This document shows positions 1-8,575 of a DNA stretch of 64,000 nt, piece after piece. The DNA is from an uncultured virus (IMG/VR IMGVR_UViG_3300027971_000053) (taxonomy: Duplodnaviria; Heunggongvirae; Uroviricota; Caudoviricetes), in IMG/VR virus record IMGVR_UViG_3300027971_000053. One strand, 5' to 3'. Each line of letters begins with the position of its first letter. The first letter of the stretch is position 1. Position numbers and translations under genes: made by a program. Under the pieces are notes generated by a model. The model saw only the letters and a program-made list of their open reading frames with translations. It was not told the DNA's origin and ran no database searches.

Positions 1-636
1 ATATTCCAAGATCACGAAGCGCATATCAAGGTACACACCTCTGCTATGCAAGATCCAACTGTTCAGCAACTCATTGGTCAGAACCCACAGGCTCAAGCAA
101 TTATGGGCGCAATGCAAGCACATATTGCCGAGCACGTTGGTTACGCATACAGAAACAAGATCGAGCTGGCATTAGGTGTAGCGTTGCCGAACCCAGAAGA
201 CGAATTGCCACCAGAAATGGAAAAAGAGATCAGTCGTCTCATGGCAGAAGCAGCACCACAAGTGCTTGCAGAATCCAAAGCAATGGCTGCCCAGCAACAA
301 GCTCAGCAAAACGCACAAGATCCTGTTCTTCAAATGCAACAGCAAGAATTGCAGATCAAACAGCAAGAGCTCCAGCTCAAGCAACAGAAACTCCAGCAAG
401 ATGCTCAGCTACAAGCGCAGAAAATGCAAATTGATGGCGCAGCTAAAGCCGATGAACTTAGCCTTAGAAAACAAGAGCTTGAGTCCAGAATGGAGATGGA
501 TATGGTCAAACTTACCGAAGAGACAAAGCGTAAAGATAAAGAAGCGCAAGCCAGAGAGCAGATAGAAGGTACCAAAATTGGCGTTGACATCGCTAAAACA
601 AGGCATCAAATAAACAACACAAAAAACAAGGAGTAG
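1..636 (+). CDS. Portal protein, C-terminal part (5' truncated by window edge)
   Basis: Frame is open from base 1 (IFQDHEAHIKVH...); Gln-rich coiled-coil C-terminus as in barrel-type podovirus portals; lies upstream of GroES, scaffold and capsid. Confidence 0.75.
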   Translation: MFQDHEAHIKVHTSAMQDPTVQQLIGQNPQAQAIMGAMQAHIAEHVGYAYRNKIELALGVALPNPEDELPPEMEKEISRLMAEAAPQVLAESKAMAAQQQAQQNAQDPVLQMQQQELQIKQQELQLKQQKLQQDAQLQAQKMQIDGAAKADELSLRKQELESRMEMDMVKLTEETKRKDKEAQAREQIEGTKIGVDIAKTRHQINNTKNKE

Positions 637-639
637 TAA

Positions 640-846
640 ATGGATGTAATAACCATGAACGCATTGCAGGTATTACGCGATAAGTTTCGTGCAGATATGA
701 ACAATTTCACTGATGATTTGGCAAATGGTCAGTGCGCTTCCTTTGAGCAGTACAAAGAGCTTTGCGGGGTGATTCGAGGTCTAGCCTATGCAGAGCGCCA
801 CTTAATTGACCTTGCTGAAAATATAGAGAAAGACAACGATGAGTGA
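640..846 (+). CDS. Small conserved head-module hypothetical protein
   Basis: AAGGAG RBS; 68 aa; YxxLCGxIxGL motif; sits between portal and GroES-like gene. Confidence 0.7.
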   Translation: MDVITMNALQVLRDKFRADMNNFTDDLANGQCASFEQYKELCGVIRGLAYAERHLIDLAENIEKDNDE

Positions 847-1273
847 AACCATCGCATTACCGGAGTCAGCATTAATCCTGCCGCCGGGCGTTAAAAGCCC
901 ACAAGTGGACCAAGAGTACGAAGCAGCAACACCAGAAAACAAGGCAAAAGCACTGCCCGACCCTAAAGGTTGGCGTTTGTTATGCGCATTAATTGATCCT
1001 GATGATACGTACGAAAGTGGGCTTGCCAAAGCAGATAAAACCAAGGAAATCGAGGAGTTAACCTCGCCAGTGCTGTTTGTTATCAAACTGGGGCCTAGCG
1101 CCTATGACGCAGAAAAATTCCCAGAAGGTGCATGGTGTAAAGAAGGCGACTTCATTATTACCCGCCCGTATACAGGAACCCGTCTAAAAATCCACGGAAA
1201 AGAGTTTCGCTTGATCAATGACGATCAGGTTGAGGCAACTGTTGAAGACCCACGCGGCATTACACGCGTTTAA
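839..1273 (+). CDS. groES: GroES/Cpn10-like co-chaperonin
   Basis: PxGWRLL...ESGL...VIKLGP...KEGDFII...YTGTRLKIHGKEFRLINDDQV matches the Cpn10 pattern. Confidence 0.85.
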   Translation: MSETIALPESALILPPGVKSPQVDQEYEAATPENKAKALPDPKGWRLLCALIDPDDTYESGLAKADKTKEIEELTSPVLFVIKLGPSAYDAEKFPEGAWCKEGDFIITRPYTGTRLKIHGKEFRLINDDQVEATVEDPRGITRV

Positions 1274-1284
1274 AGGAGAAATAC

Positions 1285-2250
1285 ATGACAAATGACGATT
1301 ACAAATTCCCCCACGAAACAGAAGAAGATCAGGGTAAACCCGAAGTTGATTTTGATATAGACATTGACGCCGAAGGTGACGTTGATATTGAAATCGAAGA
1401 CGATACCCCTGAAAGAGACCGCTTAGCAAAGCCCCTTGATCATGAAGTTGAGGACCCTTCTGACGAAGAAATTGAAAGCTACTCTAGAGATGTTCAGAAT
1501 AGAATCAAGAAGTTAACTCACGCAAGGCACGATGAAAGACGTGCTAAAGATGCAGTTACTCGTGAAAAAGATGAGCTTGAGCGTATGGCTAAAGCTATCT
1601 TGGAAGAGAATCAGCGACTTAAAGAATACGTAAATAACGGACAAGCCACTTACGCACAAACCTTGCAAGCTAAGGCAGAAGCGGAAATGGAGATGGCACG
1701 CCGTAAATACAAAGAAGCACAAGAATCTTATGACTCTGATGCAATGTTAGAGGCACAAGAAAACTTGACAGATGCTAAGATGAAGTTAGAGTCCGCAAGA
1801 AATTTCCGTCCTACCCCTTTACAAATGGAAAATTCTAGTGTACAAATACAATCATCGTCCCAAGAAGCACCGAGACTTGACGATAAAACCTTGCGCTGGC
1901 AAGCAAAAAACCAGTGGTTCGGGTCTCCGGGATATGAAGAAATGACAGCCTTTGCGCTAGGGCTGCACCAAAAACTAGTGGCTACGGGCGTAGATCCCCG
2001 CTCTGAAGACTATTTCGCTCGTGTTGATGGGCGCTTAAAGCAGGTGTTCCCTGAGTTATTGGGCATTTCTGAGTCGGCTGACAGAAAGGCTGATCCAGTT
2101 AAGAAACCCGCAACTGTAGTGGCCTCTTCTTCTCGCTCTACTGGAGCAAAGAAAGTAGTCAAACTAACTACAACCCAACAAAGGTTGGCAGATAAATTTG
2201 GCTTATCCCACAAACAATATGCACAAGAAGTTCTTAAACTGGAGATTTAA
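1285..2250 (+). CDS. Putative capsid scaffolding protein
   Basis: Acidic N-terminus, long coiled coil, C-terminal LTxxQxxxAxKFGL helix; upstream of capsid. Confidence 0.65.
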   Translation: MTNDDYKFPHETEEDQGKPEVDFDIDIDAEGDVDIEIEDDTPERDRLAKPLDHEVEDPSDEEIESYSRDVQNRIKKLTHARHDERRAKDAVTREKDELERMAKAILEENQRLKEYVNNGQATYAQTLQAKAEAEMEMARRKYKEAQESYDSDAMLEAQENLTDAKMKLESARNFRPTPLQMENSSVQIQSSSQEAPRLDDKTLRWQAKNQWFGSPGYEEMTAFALGLHQKLVATGVDPRSEDYFARVDGRLKQVFPELLGISESADRKADPVKKPATVVASSSRSTGAKKVVKLTTTQQRLADKFGLSHKQYAQEVLKLEI

Positions 2251-2252
2251 AA

Positions 2253-2705
2253 ATGGCTAATAAACGTACACCACGGGATTTAGAAACCCGCGAAAAAACC
2301 GAAACTCGTTATGTTTACAAACCACCGAGCTCGTTGCCTGATCCAACACCAGACCCGGATTACAAGTTTCACTGGGTAGCAACAGCGATCGCTGGACAAC
2401 CGAACGACACTAACGTGTCTCAGAAGTTCCGTGACCACTGGGTGCCATGTAAGGCAGTGGACCATCCTGAATTGCAGATTCAAGCAAATAAAGATGGAAA
2501 TGTTGAAATTGGTGGCTTGCTTTTATGTAAGAAACCAAGAAAGATGGCTGAAGCTAGAGATGAATATTACGATCAAAAAGCTCGTAATCAAATGGAATCT
2601 GTGGACAACAGCTTTTTACGTAATAGTGATGCCCGCATGCCCCTGTTTAGTGATCGCAAAAGCACAACAACTAAAGGTAGTGGGTTTGGTAATGGTAGTA
2701 AATAA
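2253..2705 (+). CDS. Conserved head-module hypothetical protein
   Basis: 150-aa ORF with GGAG RBS; VEIGGLLLCK motif; in operon. Confidence 0.7.
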   Translation: MANKRTPRDLETREKTETRYVYKPPSSLPDPTPDPDYKFHWVATAIAGQPNDTNVSQKFRDHWVPCKAVDHPELQIQANKDGNVEIGGLLLCKKPRKMAEARDEYYDQKARNQMESVDNSFLRNSDARMPLFSDRKSTTTKGSGFGNGSK

Positions 2706-2727
2706 CTTTAATTTTTAGGAGATATAA

Positions 2728-3354
2728 ATGGCTTATCCAACCGTTTCAGCTCCCTACGGCTTAGTTCCAATTAACCGTGTAGATGGTATGCCGTATGCAG
2801 GCGCGATTCGTCAATTACCGATCGCATCCACATACAACACAGCTATTTATAACGGAGATATTGTTCGTATAGCCGCAGGTGGTAATATTCAAAAATCAAC
2901 TGTAACTGTTGACTCTACTACAGCAGCCGCAAACAACACTTATGGTGTGTTTATGGGTGTTCAGTATGTAAACAGCCAAGGTCAACTTATCCAGTCCCAA
3001 TACTATCCAGGTAATGCCGCTGCTACTAGCGCTGTTGCTTATGTAGTTGACGATCCTATGGCTGCTTTTAAAGTAGCTGTAACTTTCAGCGGTAATGCTA
3101 CTGTAACTACAGTTAATCAAAGCATCGTTGGTACTAACATGTCTGTACGTCAAGGTACTGGCAGCACTACTACTGGTGACTCTGCTGTTTCTGTGTATGC
3201 AACTGATGCACAAGGTAATGCAGCAGCACTGCCAGTTCGTGTAGTTGAAGTAGTTCCAGCAACAGCTACTGGCGCAAATGCCTTCACTGAAGTAGTAGTG
3301 AAGTTAAACAACCCACAAATTCTCCGAACCACTGGTTTGGATTACGCAGCTTAA
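2728..3354 (+). CDS. Putative capsid decoration/minor head protein
   Basis: AGGAG RBS; Ala/Thr/Val-rich, beta-like; immediately precedes the capsid gene. Confidence 0.6.
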   Translation: MAYPTVSAPYGLVPINRVDGMPYAGAIRQLPIASTYNTAIYNGDIVRIAAGGNIQKSTVTVDSTTAAANNTYGVFMGVQYVNSQGQLIQSQYYPGNAAATSAVAYVVDDPMAAFKVAVTFSGNATVTTVNQSIVGTNMSVRQGTGSTTTGDSAVSVYATDAQGNAAALPVRVVEVVPATATGANAFTEVVVKLNNPQILRTTGLDYAA

Positions 3355-3366
3355 GGAGCTAAGTAA

Positions 3367-4281
3367 ATGGCTATTTCACGCGCACAACTACTAAAAGAGT
3401 TGCTCCCGGGCTTAAACGCATTGTTTGGATTAGAGTACAAGCGTTACGGCGAAGAGCATAAAGAGATCTACGAAACAGAGAAATCTGAGCGTAGCTTCGA
3501 AGAAGAGACAAAGCTGTCCGGTTTCTCTGCTGCACCAGTCAAGAACGAGGGCTCAGCCATCGCTTACGACAATGCACAAGAGGCATTTACAGCTCGCTAC
3601 AACCACGAAACAATCGCTTTGGGCTTCTCAGTAACTGAAGAAGCAATCGAAGATAACTTGTATGACTCATTGTCTGCTCGTTATACCAAAGCATTAGCTC
3701 GTGCAATGGCGTACACAAAGCAGGTTAAAGCTGCTGCGGTATTGAACAACGGTTTCACCAACTCTGCCCAATATTACGGCGGCGACGGCGTTCCACTTTT
3801 CTCTACAGCACACCCATTGGTATCTGGCGGTACTAACAGCAACACGCCTGCAACTCCTGCAGACTTGAATGAAACTTCGTTGGAAAACGCTGTTATTCAA
3901 ATCGCTGCTTGGACTGACGAGCGTGGTCTGTTAATTGCTGCAATGCCACGTAAATTGGTTATCCCACCAGCACTGCAATTCGTTGCAACCCGCTTGTTGG
4001 AAACTAACTTGCGCGTAGGTACAAATGACAACGACATCAACGCATTGAAGAACAACGGTTCAATCCCAGAAGGTTACGCAATTAACCACTACTTGACCGA
4101 CACAAATGCTTGGTTCTTGACAACTGACGTACCTAACGGCATGAAACACTTTGAGCGTATGCCTTTGGCTAACTCTATGGACGGCGACTTTGATACTGGT
4201 AACGTACGTTACAAGTCTCGTGAGCGTTATTCATTCGGCTGGTCTGATCCACTCGGAATGTTTGGTTCCCCAGGCGCTTAA
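3367..4281 (+). CDS. Major capsid protein (Mu gpT-like, HK97 fold)
   Basis: MAISRAQLLKELLPGL start, GGDGVPLFSTAHP, KLVIPPAL, RERYSFGWSD end; strong RBS and downstream terminator. Confidence 0.9.
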   Translation: MAISRAQLLKELLPGLNALFGLEYKRYGEEHKEIYETEKSERSFEEETKLSGFSAAPVKNEGSAIAYDNAQEAFTARYNHETIALGFSVTEEAIEDNLYDSLSARYTKALARAMAYTKQVKAAAVLNNGFTNSAQYYGGDGVPLFSTAHPLVSGGTNSNTPATPADLNETSLENAVIQIAAWTDERGLLIAAMPRKLVIPPALQFVATRLLETNLRVGTNDNDINALKNNGSIPEGYAINHYLTDTNAWFLTTDVPNGMKHFERMPLANSMDGDFDTGNVRYKSRERYSFGWSDPLGMFGSPGA

Positions 4282-4296
4282 TAAGCACCTGTATGT

Positions 4297-4330
4297 AAAA
4301 ACCCCGCTCACAAGGCGGGGTTTTTCTTTT
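4297..4330. terminator. Bidirectional intrinsic terminator after capsid gene
   Basis: AAAAACCCCGC-TCACAAG-GCGGGGTTTTT followed by CTTTT. Confidence 0.85.
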
Positions 4331-4661
4331 CTGTGTAGTGGTGGATTCGGTGGCAGTTTGCACACAATACGATACATTTTTTAACTTCTTTCATTGCCGC
4401 AGCAAAGCAACCGTTGCTGACTAGTTTGCTGACTAGGTTTTCTTTTTTACTTGGGTTTGTGTGATGAAAATCTAAAGCTGCTGGATGGTTAAATCCGCAT
4501 TGTGTACATTTAAGTGTACGTTTAAAAGTGTCCCACTTAGCTTTTCCCAGTGCCCTTTGTGCTTTTACTGCAAGCAGCACCTTATCTTTATTTTCTAGGT
4601 AGTGTTTGCGGCTTTTTTCTTTGTGGTACGCCTTGCGTACTTCGGGGTCTTTATACGGCAT
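4308..4661 (-). CDS. HNH endonuclease
   Basis: CxxCG...LDFHH...CIVLCANCHRIHH. Confidence 0.85.
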   Translation of the reverse strand: MPYKDPEVRKAYHKEKSRKHYLENKDKVLLAVKAQRALGKAKWDTFKRTLKCTQCGFNHPAALDFHHTNPSKKENLVSKLVSNGCFAAAMKEVKKCIVLCANCHRIHHYTEKKNPAL

Positions 4662-5082
4662 CGTTTAACTGATACGTCTTAATAGGCTCGCTACTATTCG
4701 CATCTACATTACACGCCCATTTAACTGCTTCTTCTGCTGTCAACCCCATTCGCATACAGACTTCTGCTGCCATTGCCCCAGAACCAATTGCCATAAACGT
4801 TCGTACACGTTCCCATTCTAGGTCGTCTCCACAGGCAAACAGCCCGTCTTTAGTAAGTTTAAGAAACGAGCTGTCAGATTTTAACTTTGGTTTAGTTTTG
4901 TTCTTTTTGCTTAGGTAGTCCAAAACCTTTTCGGCATCGCAGTAGTTACCTGCTACGCCCATCCAACCGCCGTCTATTGGAAACACCTTGTCTTCAAAGT
5001 ATTTAATACCTGAGTCAGAGTCTGTAAACTGGCTGTCTGCAACCAGTATTTTTCTGTTCCAATCACCAATGATTGTCGTCAT
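4651..5082 (-). CDS. HslV/proteasome-beta-like Ntn peptidase
   Basis: N-terminal MTT nucleophile, ADSQ, downstream Lys, GVAG and AIGSGA motifs. Confidence 0.7.
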   Translation of the reverse strand: MTTIIGDWNRKILVADSQFTDSDSGIKYFEDKVFPIDGGWMGVAGNYCDAEKVLDYLSKKNKTKPKLKSDSSFLKLTKDGLFACGDDLEWERVRTFMAIGSGAMAAEVCMRMGLTAEEAVKWACNVDANSSEPIKTYQLNDAV

Positions 5083-5194
5083 TTCTATGGTACCTGTCGT
5101 TTGGGTTTTTAAGCATTGATGCTAATAGTTCGTCTATGTTCTTAAACCACTGAATAACTTTCATGCCATCATGCTGCATGATTGTAAAACTCAT
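5063..5194 (-). CDS. Small hypothetical protein (43 aa, not in ORF track)
   Basis: MSFTIMQHDGMKVIQWFKNIDELL...; ATGA-coupled to the upstream gene. Confidence 0.55.
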   Translation of the reverse strand: MSFTIMQHDGMKVIQWFKNIDELLASMLKNPNDRYHRNDDNHW

Positions 5195-5346
5195 GGGTTT
5201 TCTTGCCCAACAACTTTATATACTTGATTAACTATGTTTAGAACGTGTTTTATGTCTTCTGGGGTTAACTGACCCATTAATTGCAATATTTTTATTACAG
5301 CAACATCGTTGTTTAGCGGAACAGGTTTAACTAAGTTTTCAATCAT
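5191..5346 (-). CDS. Small hypothetical protein (51 aa)
   Basis: MIENLVKP...; ATGA overlaps on both sides. Confidence 0.55.
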   Translation of the reverse strand: MIENLVKPVPLNNDVAVIKILQLMGQLTPEDIKHVLNIVNQVYKVVGQENP

Positions 5347-5489
5347 TTTGTAGCCATTAAATAGAGCCCTACGTTTCCAAAAGCGTAGCCTGCATAGCAA
5401 ATCGCCATGCCTATGTTTCCCTTATAGCCTTGCTCTGCGGCTATGTAGGTATAGATTACACCTGTAAGAATAATAAGCCAAGAACTCAT
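5343..5489 (-). CDS. Small two-helix membrane protein (48 aa, not in ORF track)
   Basis: MSSWLIILTGVIYTYIAAEQGYKGNIGMAICYAGYAFGNVGLYLMATK; GAGG RBS. Confidence 0.65.
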   Translation of the reverse strand: MSSWLIILTGVIYTYIAAEQGYKGNIGMAICYAGYAFGNVGLYLMATK

Positions 5490-5524
5490 AATTTCCTCTT
5501 TTTTACATTCTAACCAAAAAAGTA

Positions 5525-5552
5525 TTACACATTGTTAAAAATGTAGTAAGAT
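5525..5552 (+). promoter_or_regulatory. Putative sigma70-like promoter restarting the structural operon
   Basis: TTACAC-N16-TAAGAT; a divergent TAGAAT (5507-5512, - strand) could drive the antisense island. Confidence 0.45.
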
Positions 5553-5560
5553 AACGGAAA

Positions 5561-5627
5561 CTGGGTGAATGGCTTATCAAACTGCCCCAGCAGACGCATA
5601 CACGATTGATAAGCTGAACTTTGTATG
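5561..5627 (+). ncRNA. Double-pseudoknot RNA, candidate Mu-gpT-DE-like motif
   Basis: CTGGG(5561-65)/CCCAG(5586-90); GCTTATCAA(5572-80)/TTGATAAGC(5606-14); CATACA(5597-5602)/TGTATG(5622-27); helices cross; downstream of a gpT-like capsid gene. Confidence 0.6.
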
Positions 5628-5641
5628 AAGGACAATTTATC

Positions 5642-6130
5642 ATGGCATTATCTACTACCCAATCAGTATGGCGTTCTGGCGGTGGCGATCAAACTCGTAC
5701 CGCAATCTGTGGCTCTATGAAAATGGCAGCCCCTTTCTATATCGCTAACTTAGCAGCAACTGCAAACGTAACTAACGTTTCTGGCGGTTCAGCTTTATTC
5801 CTACCAGCTGGCGCTGTTGTAACAGACGTTGTTATCTCTGCTGTTGGTACAGGTTCTGTTGACTTAGGGTTTACCCCACTAATCAACGTTGGTCCTGGTC
5901 AAACAACAACTTTGGGCACAAACGTTCCACAGGCTTTCTTAGCTAACGCTTCTACAGCTACACGCGTAACTGTTGATGTTGGTTCTACAGGCGGCGGCGC
6001 TTCTTTAGGCAACGTAGCTAACGCAACTAACTTAGTTGTTGTTACTTCTAAAGCCAACGGCGTATCTTCTGGTACTGTTACAGGTATTATTGAATACTAC
6101 GTTTACGATAACGGCGCACAAAACGTCTAA
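5642..6130 (+). CDS. Putative virion structural protein
   Basis: AAGGA RBS before ATG 5642; LPAGAVVTDV beta-sandwich-like; Ala/Gly/Thr/Val-rich. Confidence 0.65.
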   Translation: MALSTTQSVWRSGGGDQTRTAICGSMKMAAPFYIANLAATANVTNVSGGSALFLPAGAVVTDVVISAVGTGSVDLGFTPLINVGPGQTTTLGTNVPQAFLANASTATRVTVDVGSTGGGASLGNVANATNLVVVTSKANGVSSGTVTGIIEYYVYDNGAQNV

Positions 6131-6137
6131 TTAATCA

Positions 6138-6157
6138 GGGGGTTACGGCCCCCGTTT
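6138..6157 (+). terminator. GC hairpin, possible weak terminator or processing site
   Basis: GGGGGT-TACG-GCCCCC followed by GTTT. Confidence 0.4.
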
Positions 6158-6177
6158 AACCTTATTGGAGATTAATT

Positions 6178-6690
6178 ATGACAATGCAATATGATGTAAA
6201 ACAAGCGCACTTAAACGCTAGTGGTATTTTTGTGCCGTTTGGTACCCGTATTAAAGCTATCTCACTGACTGGCACGGCTTCTGCTGGCCAATTAACTATG
6301 TTTGATACGCTTACAGCCCCAGTAACAACGGCTTCTTATGGTCGCTCTGGAACTACTGTTACTATTAGCTCTACAGCGCACGGTTTGACAACTGGACAAG
6401 TTATTGGCATTGACTTTGCTGCAGGTACAGGCGGTACAGCTACTAATGGAAACTATGCAGTTACGGTTACAAACGCAAATACTTTTACTATAACTGATAT
6501 TAATAGCGGAACTATTAGCGCCTCACCAACGCTTGTATATTCAACTGGTAAATGGTTGATGACATATGATGTAGCTGCTGGAGATTATTTCAATAATGCA
6601 CCGTTAATTCCTGGCGAAGGTGTAAAAGCCAATGTTGGCGTGTATGGTTATATAACAAACTTAGCCGCAGCAAATATTTACTATGGCTAA
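6178..6690 (+). CDS. Putative virion structural protein with inserted beta domain
   Basis: GGAG RBS; TVTISSTAHGLTTG...NGNYAVT...NTFTI module typical of phage tail proteins. Confidence 0.6.
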   Translation: MTMQYDVKQAHLNASGIFVPFGTRIKAISLTGTASAGQLTMFDTLTAPVTTASYGRSGTTVTISSTAHGLTTGQVIGIDFAAGTGGTATNGNYAVTVTNANTFTITDINSGTISASPTLVYSTGKWLMTYDVAAGDYFNNAPLIPGEGVKANVGVYGYITNLAAANIYYG

Positions 6691-6940
6691 GAAAAAAGGT
6701 CCTTCTCTAGCCGTTGGTCGTGGTGAAAAGCTGCCTGTATCTAAGGGTGCTGGGCTTACTGCCAAAGGTCGTGCTAAGTACAATGCTGCTACAGGCTCAA
6801 AACTAAAGGCTCCACAGCCCGAAGGTGGTGCCCGTAAGCGTTCTTTCTGCGCACGTATGTCTGGTATGCCCGGTCCGATGAAAGATGAAAATGGCAAGCC
6901 TACTAGAAAGGCAGCCTCTCTAAAGAGGTGGAAATGTTAG
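6683..6940 (+). CDS. Small basic protein (DUF6321-like)
   Basis: GLTAKGRAKYN...RKRSFCARM...SLKRWKC. Confidence 0.65.
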   Translation: MAKKKGPSLAVGRGEKLPVSKGAGLTAKGRAKYNAATGSKLKAPQPEGGARKRSFCARMSGMPGPMKDENGKPTRKAASLKRWKC

Positions 6941-7170
6941 ATATGATGGAGCTGTGGACGGGCGGGCTAACAATATTTGTAGCCTTAATCGGATATATGA
7001 TGCACGAAAAATTCAATGATTTAAAACGCATTGATATTTTGTTAAATAAAACAAGAGAAGAGGTAGCTCGTGATAACGTTACTAAAGCAGAAGTTGATCG
7101 CATTATGGAACACATTGACGCAAGGTTTAACAAGCTTGAAAGCAAAATTGACCAACTTATTCAAAAGTGA
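6934..7170 (+). CDS. Small membrane-anchored coiled-coil protein
   Basis: N-terminal hydrophobic helix, then coiled coil. Confidence 0.6.
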   Translation: MLDMMELWTGGLTIFVALIGYMMHEKFNDLKRIDILLNKTREEVARDNVTKAEVDRIMEHIDARFNKLESKIDQLIQK

Positions 7171-7176
7171 GAAAAA

Positions 7177-7362
7177 ATGAAACACGATGACATTAAACAA
7201 GATATGCCCATGATGAAAAAAGTGGCTAAGCAAGAAGTTAAAGCGCATGAGAAATCAATGCACAAAATGGCTAAGGGCGGTGTAACCCGTGCTGATGGCT
7301 GCGTTACTAAAGGTCACACTAAAGGCAAGATGATTGCTATGTGTGGCGGCGGAAAGATGTAA
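7177..7362 (+). CDS. Small basic protein, GG/RADG-KGxTKG family
   Basis: MAKGGVTRADGCVTKGHTKG. Confidence 0.65.
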   Translation: MKHDDIKQDMPMMKKVAKQEVKAHEKSMHKMAKGGVTRADGCVTKGHTKGKMIAMCGGGKM

Positions 7363-7364
7363 TC

Positions 7365-7646
7365 GTGGCTGATAAGATCTGGGATACGGTTGCTCCAGTA
7401 TGGCAAAAAGCTTTTGACGAAAAAGCAGCTAAAGAAGCCGCCGAAGAAAAAGCAGCCAAAGAAAGTCGCAAAGAGAGTGGTAAAGCGGCTGTTAAAGGCA
7501 TGAAAGAAGGTCGTATGGATGCTATGGGCAACGCCTATAAAAAAGGCGGTAAAGTATCGTCCGCCTCAAGCCGTGCAGACGGCTGTTGTGTTAAAGGCAA
7601 GACTAAAGGAAAAATGATTGCTATGAAAAACGGCGGAGCCTGCTAG
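7365..7646 (+). CDS. Small basic protein, GG/RADG-KGKTKG family
   Basis: GTG start 2 nt after previous stop; YKKGGKVSSASSRADGCCVKGKTKG. Confidence 0.6.
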   Translation: MADKIWDTVAPVWQKAFDEKAAKEAAEEKAAKESRKESGKAAVKGMKEGRMDAMGNAYKKGGKVSSASSRADGCCVKGKTKGKMIAMKNGGAC

Positions 7647-7930
7647 TATGAATAAAGAAGGTTTAAAATACGCAGGCGGTATGGGCGCCGGTTTAGCCAC
7701 TGTGTTAGGTGCGGGTTATGCAGATTTACAACAATCTAAACGGGCGTTAGAAAAAGAGCGTGAAGATAAAAACGCTGACAAAATTGAAGAGATGAAACGT
7801 AAGCAAGAACCGTCTGGTGGCGGTAGCGGTGAAGCAACAGCCCGTCCAAAAGTAATGAAAAAAGGCGGTAAAGTATCATCTGCTTCTTCTCGTGCAGACG
7901 GCTGTTGTGTTAAAGGCAAGACTAAAGGAA
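7538..7930 (+). repeat. ~70-bp direct repeat (about 7538-7611 and 7857-7930) encoding the shared C-terminal module
   Basis: AAAAAAGGCGGTAAAGTATC...CGTGCAGACGGCTGTTGTGTTAAAGGCAAGACTAAAGGA in both copies. Confidence 0.85.
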
Positions 7931-7941
7931 GATTTGTATAA
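7648..7941 (+). CDS. Small basic protein, GG/RADG-KGKTKG family
   Basis: MKKGGKVSSASSRADGCCVKGKTKG. Confidence 0.65.
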   Translation: MNKEGLKYAGGMGAGLATVLGAGYADLQQSKRALEKEREDKNADKIEEMKRKQEPSGGGSGEATARPKVMKKGGKVSSASSRADGCCVKGKTKGRFV

Positions 7942-8327
7942 TGAAAGCGTCTCGTGGAATGGGGGCAGTAATGCCAAGTAAGATGCCTAAAGGGGTTAAA
8001 AAAGCCCGTAGGGATAATACTGATTTCACGCAGTTTGCTAAAGGCGGTAAGGTAGGTAAAGGTGTTACTGTTACTAAAGGTGGCACTGCTTCTGCTATGG
8101 CAAAGAAGTTGCTACAAAGCCCCGGTTCGTTAACAGCCGCTGATATGTACAAAGATGGTGGCAAGGTTAATGCGGCTGGTAATTACACCAAACCAGAGAT
8201 GCGCAAGCGTATCGTTTCCGCAGTTAAAGCAGCAGCAACACAAGGTACTGGCGCAGGTCAGTGGTCGGCTCGTAAAGCCCAATTAGTAGCTAAAAAATAT
8301 AAGGCGGCTGGTGGTGGATATAAATGA
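7941..8327 (+). CDS. Basic protein; C-terminus resembles first half of DUF5872-like proteins
   Basis: FAKGGKV, YKDGGKV, then NYTKP...GQWSARKAQL...YKAAGGGY. Confidence 0.65.
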   Translation: MKASRGMGAVMPSKMPKGVKKARRDNTDFTQFAKGGKVGKGVTVTKGGTASAMAKKLLQSPGSLTAADMYKDGGKVNAAGNYTKPEMRKRIVSAVKAAATQGTGAGQWSARKAQLVAKKYKAAGGGYK

Positions 8328-8575
8328 GTGGATTGGCAAAGTCACAACGTTCTTTAAAAGCTTGGGGCGATCAAAAGTGGACAACCAAGTCGGGCAAGAA
8401 GTCGTCCGAGACGGGGGAGCGATACCTGCCAAAGAAAGCAATACAAGCGTTAAGCCCACAAGAGTACGCAGCAACAACACGGGCAAAACGAGCAGGAAAA
8501 GCACAGGGACAGCAGTTCGTGCCGCAGCCGCAAAAGGTAAAAGCAAAAGTAAAACCATATCGAAAGGTTAAGTAA
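8324..8575 (+). CDS. Basic protein resembling second half of DUF5872-like proteins
   Basis: SLKAWGDQKWTTKSG...ERYLPKKA; ATGA overlap. Confidence 0.65.
   Translation: MSGLAKSQRSLKAWGDQKWTTKSGKKSSETGERYLPKKAIQALSPQEYAATTRAKRAGKAQGQQFVPQPQKVKAKVKPYRKVK

Noticed and set aside
1818..1846. Internal promoter in scaffold gene (TTTACA-N17-TACAAA)
   Set aside because: The -10 lacks the conserved final T; cannot be supported from sequence alone
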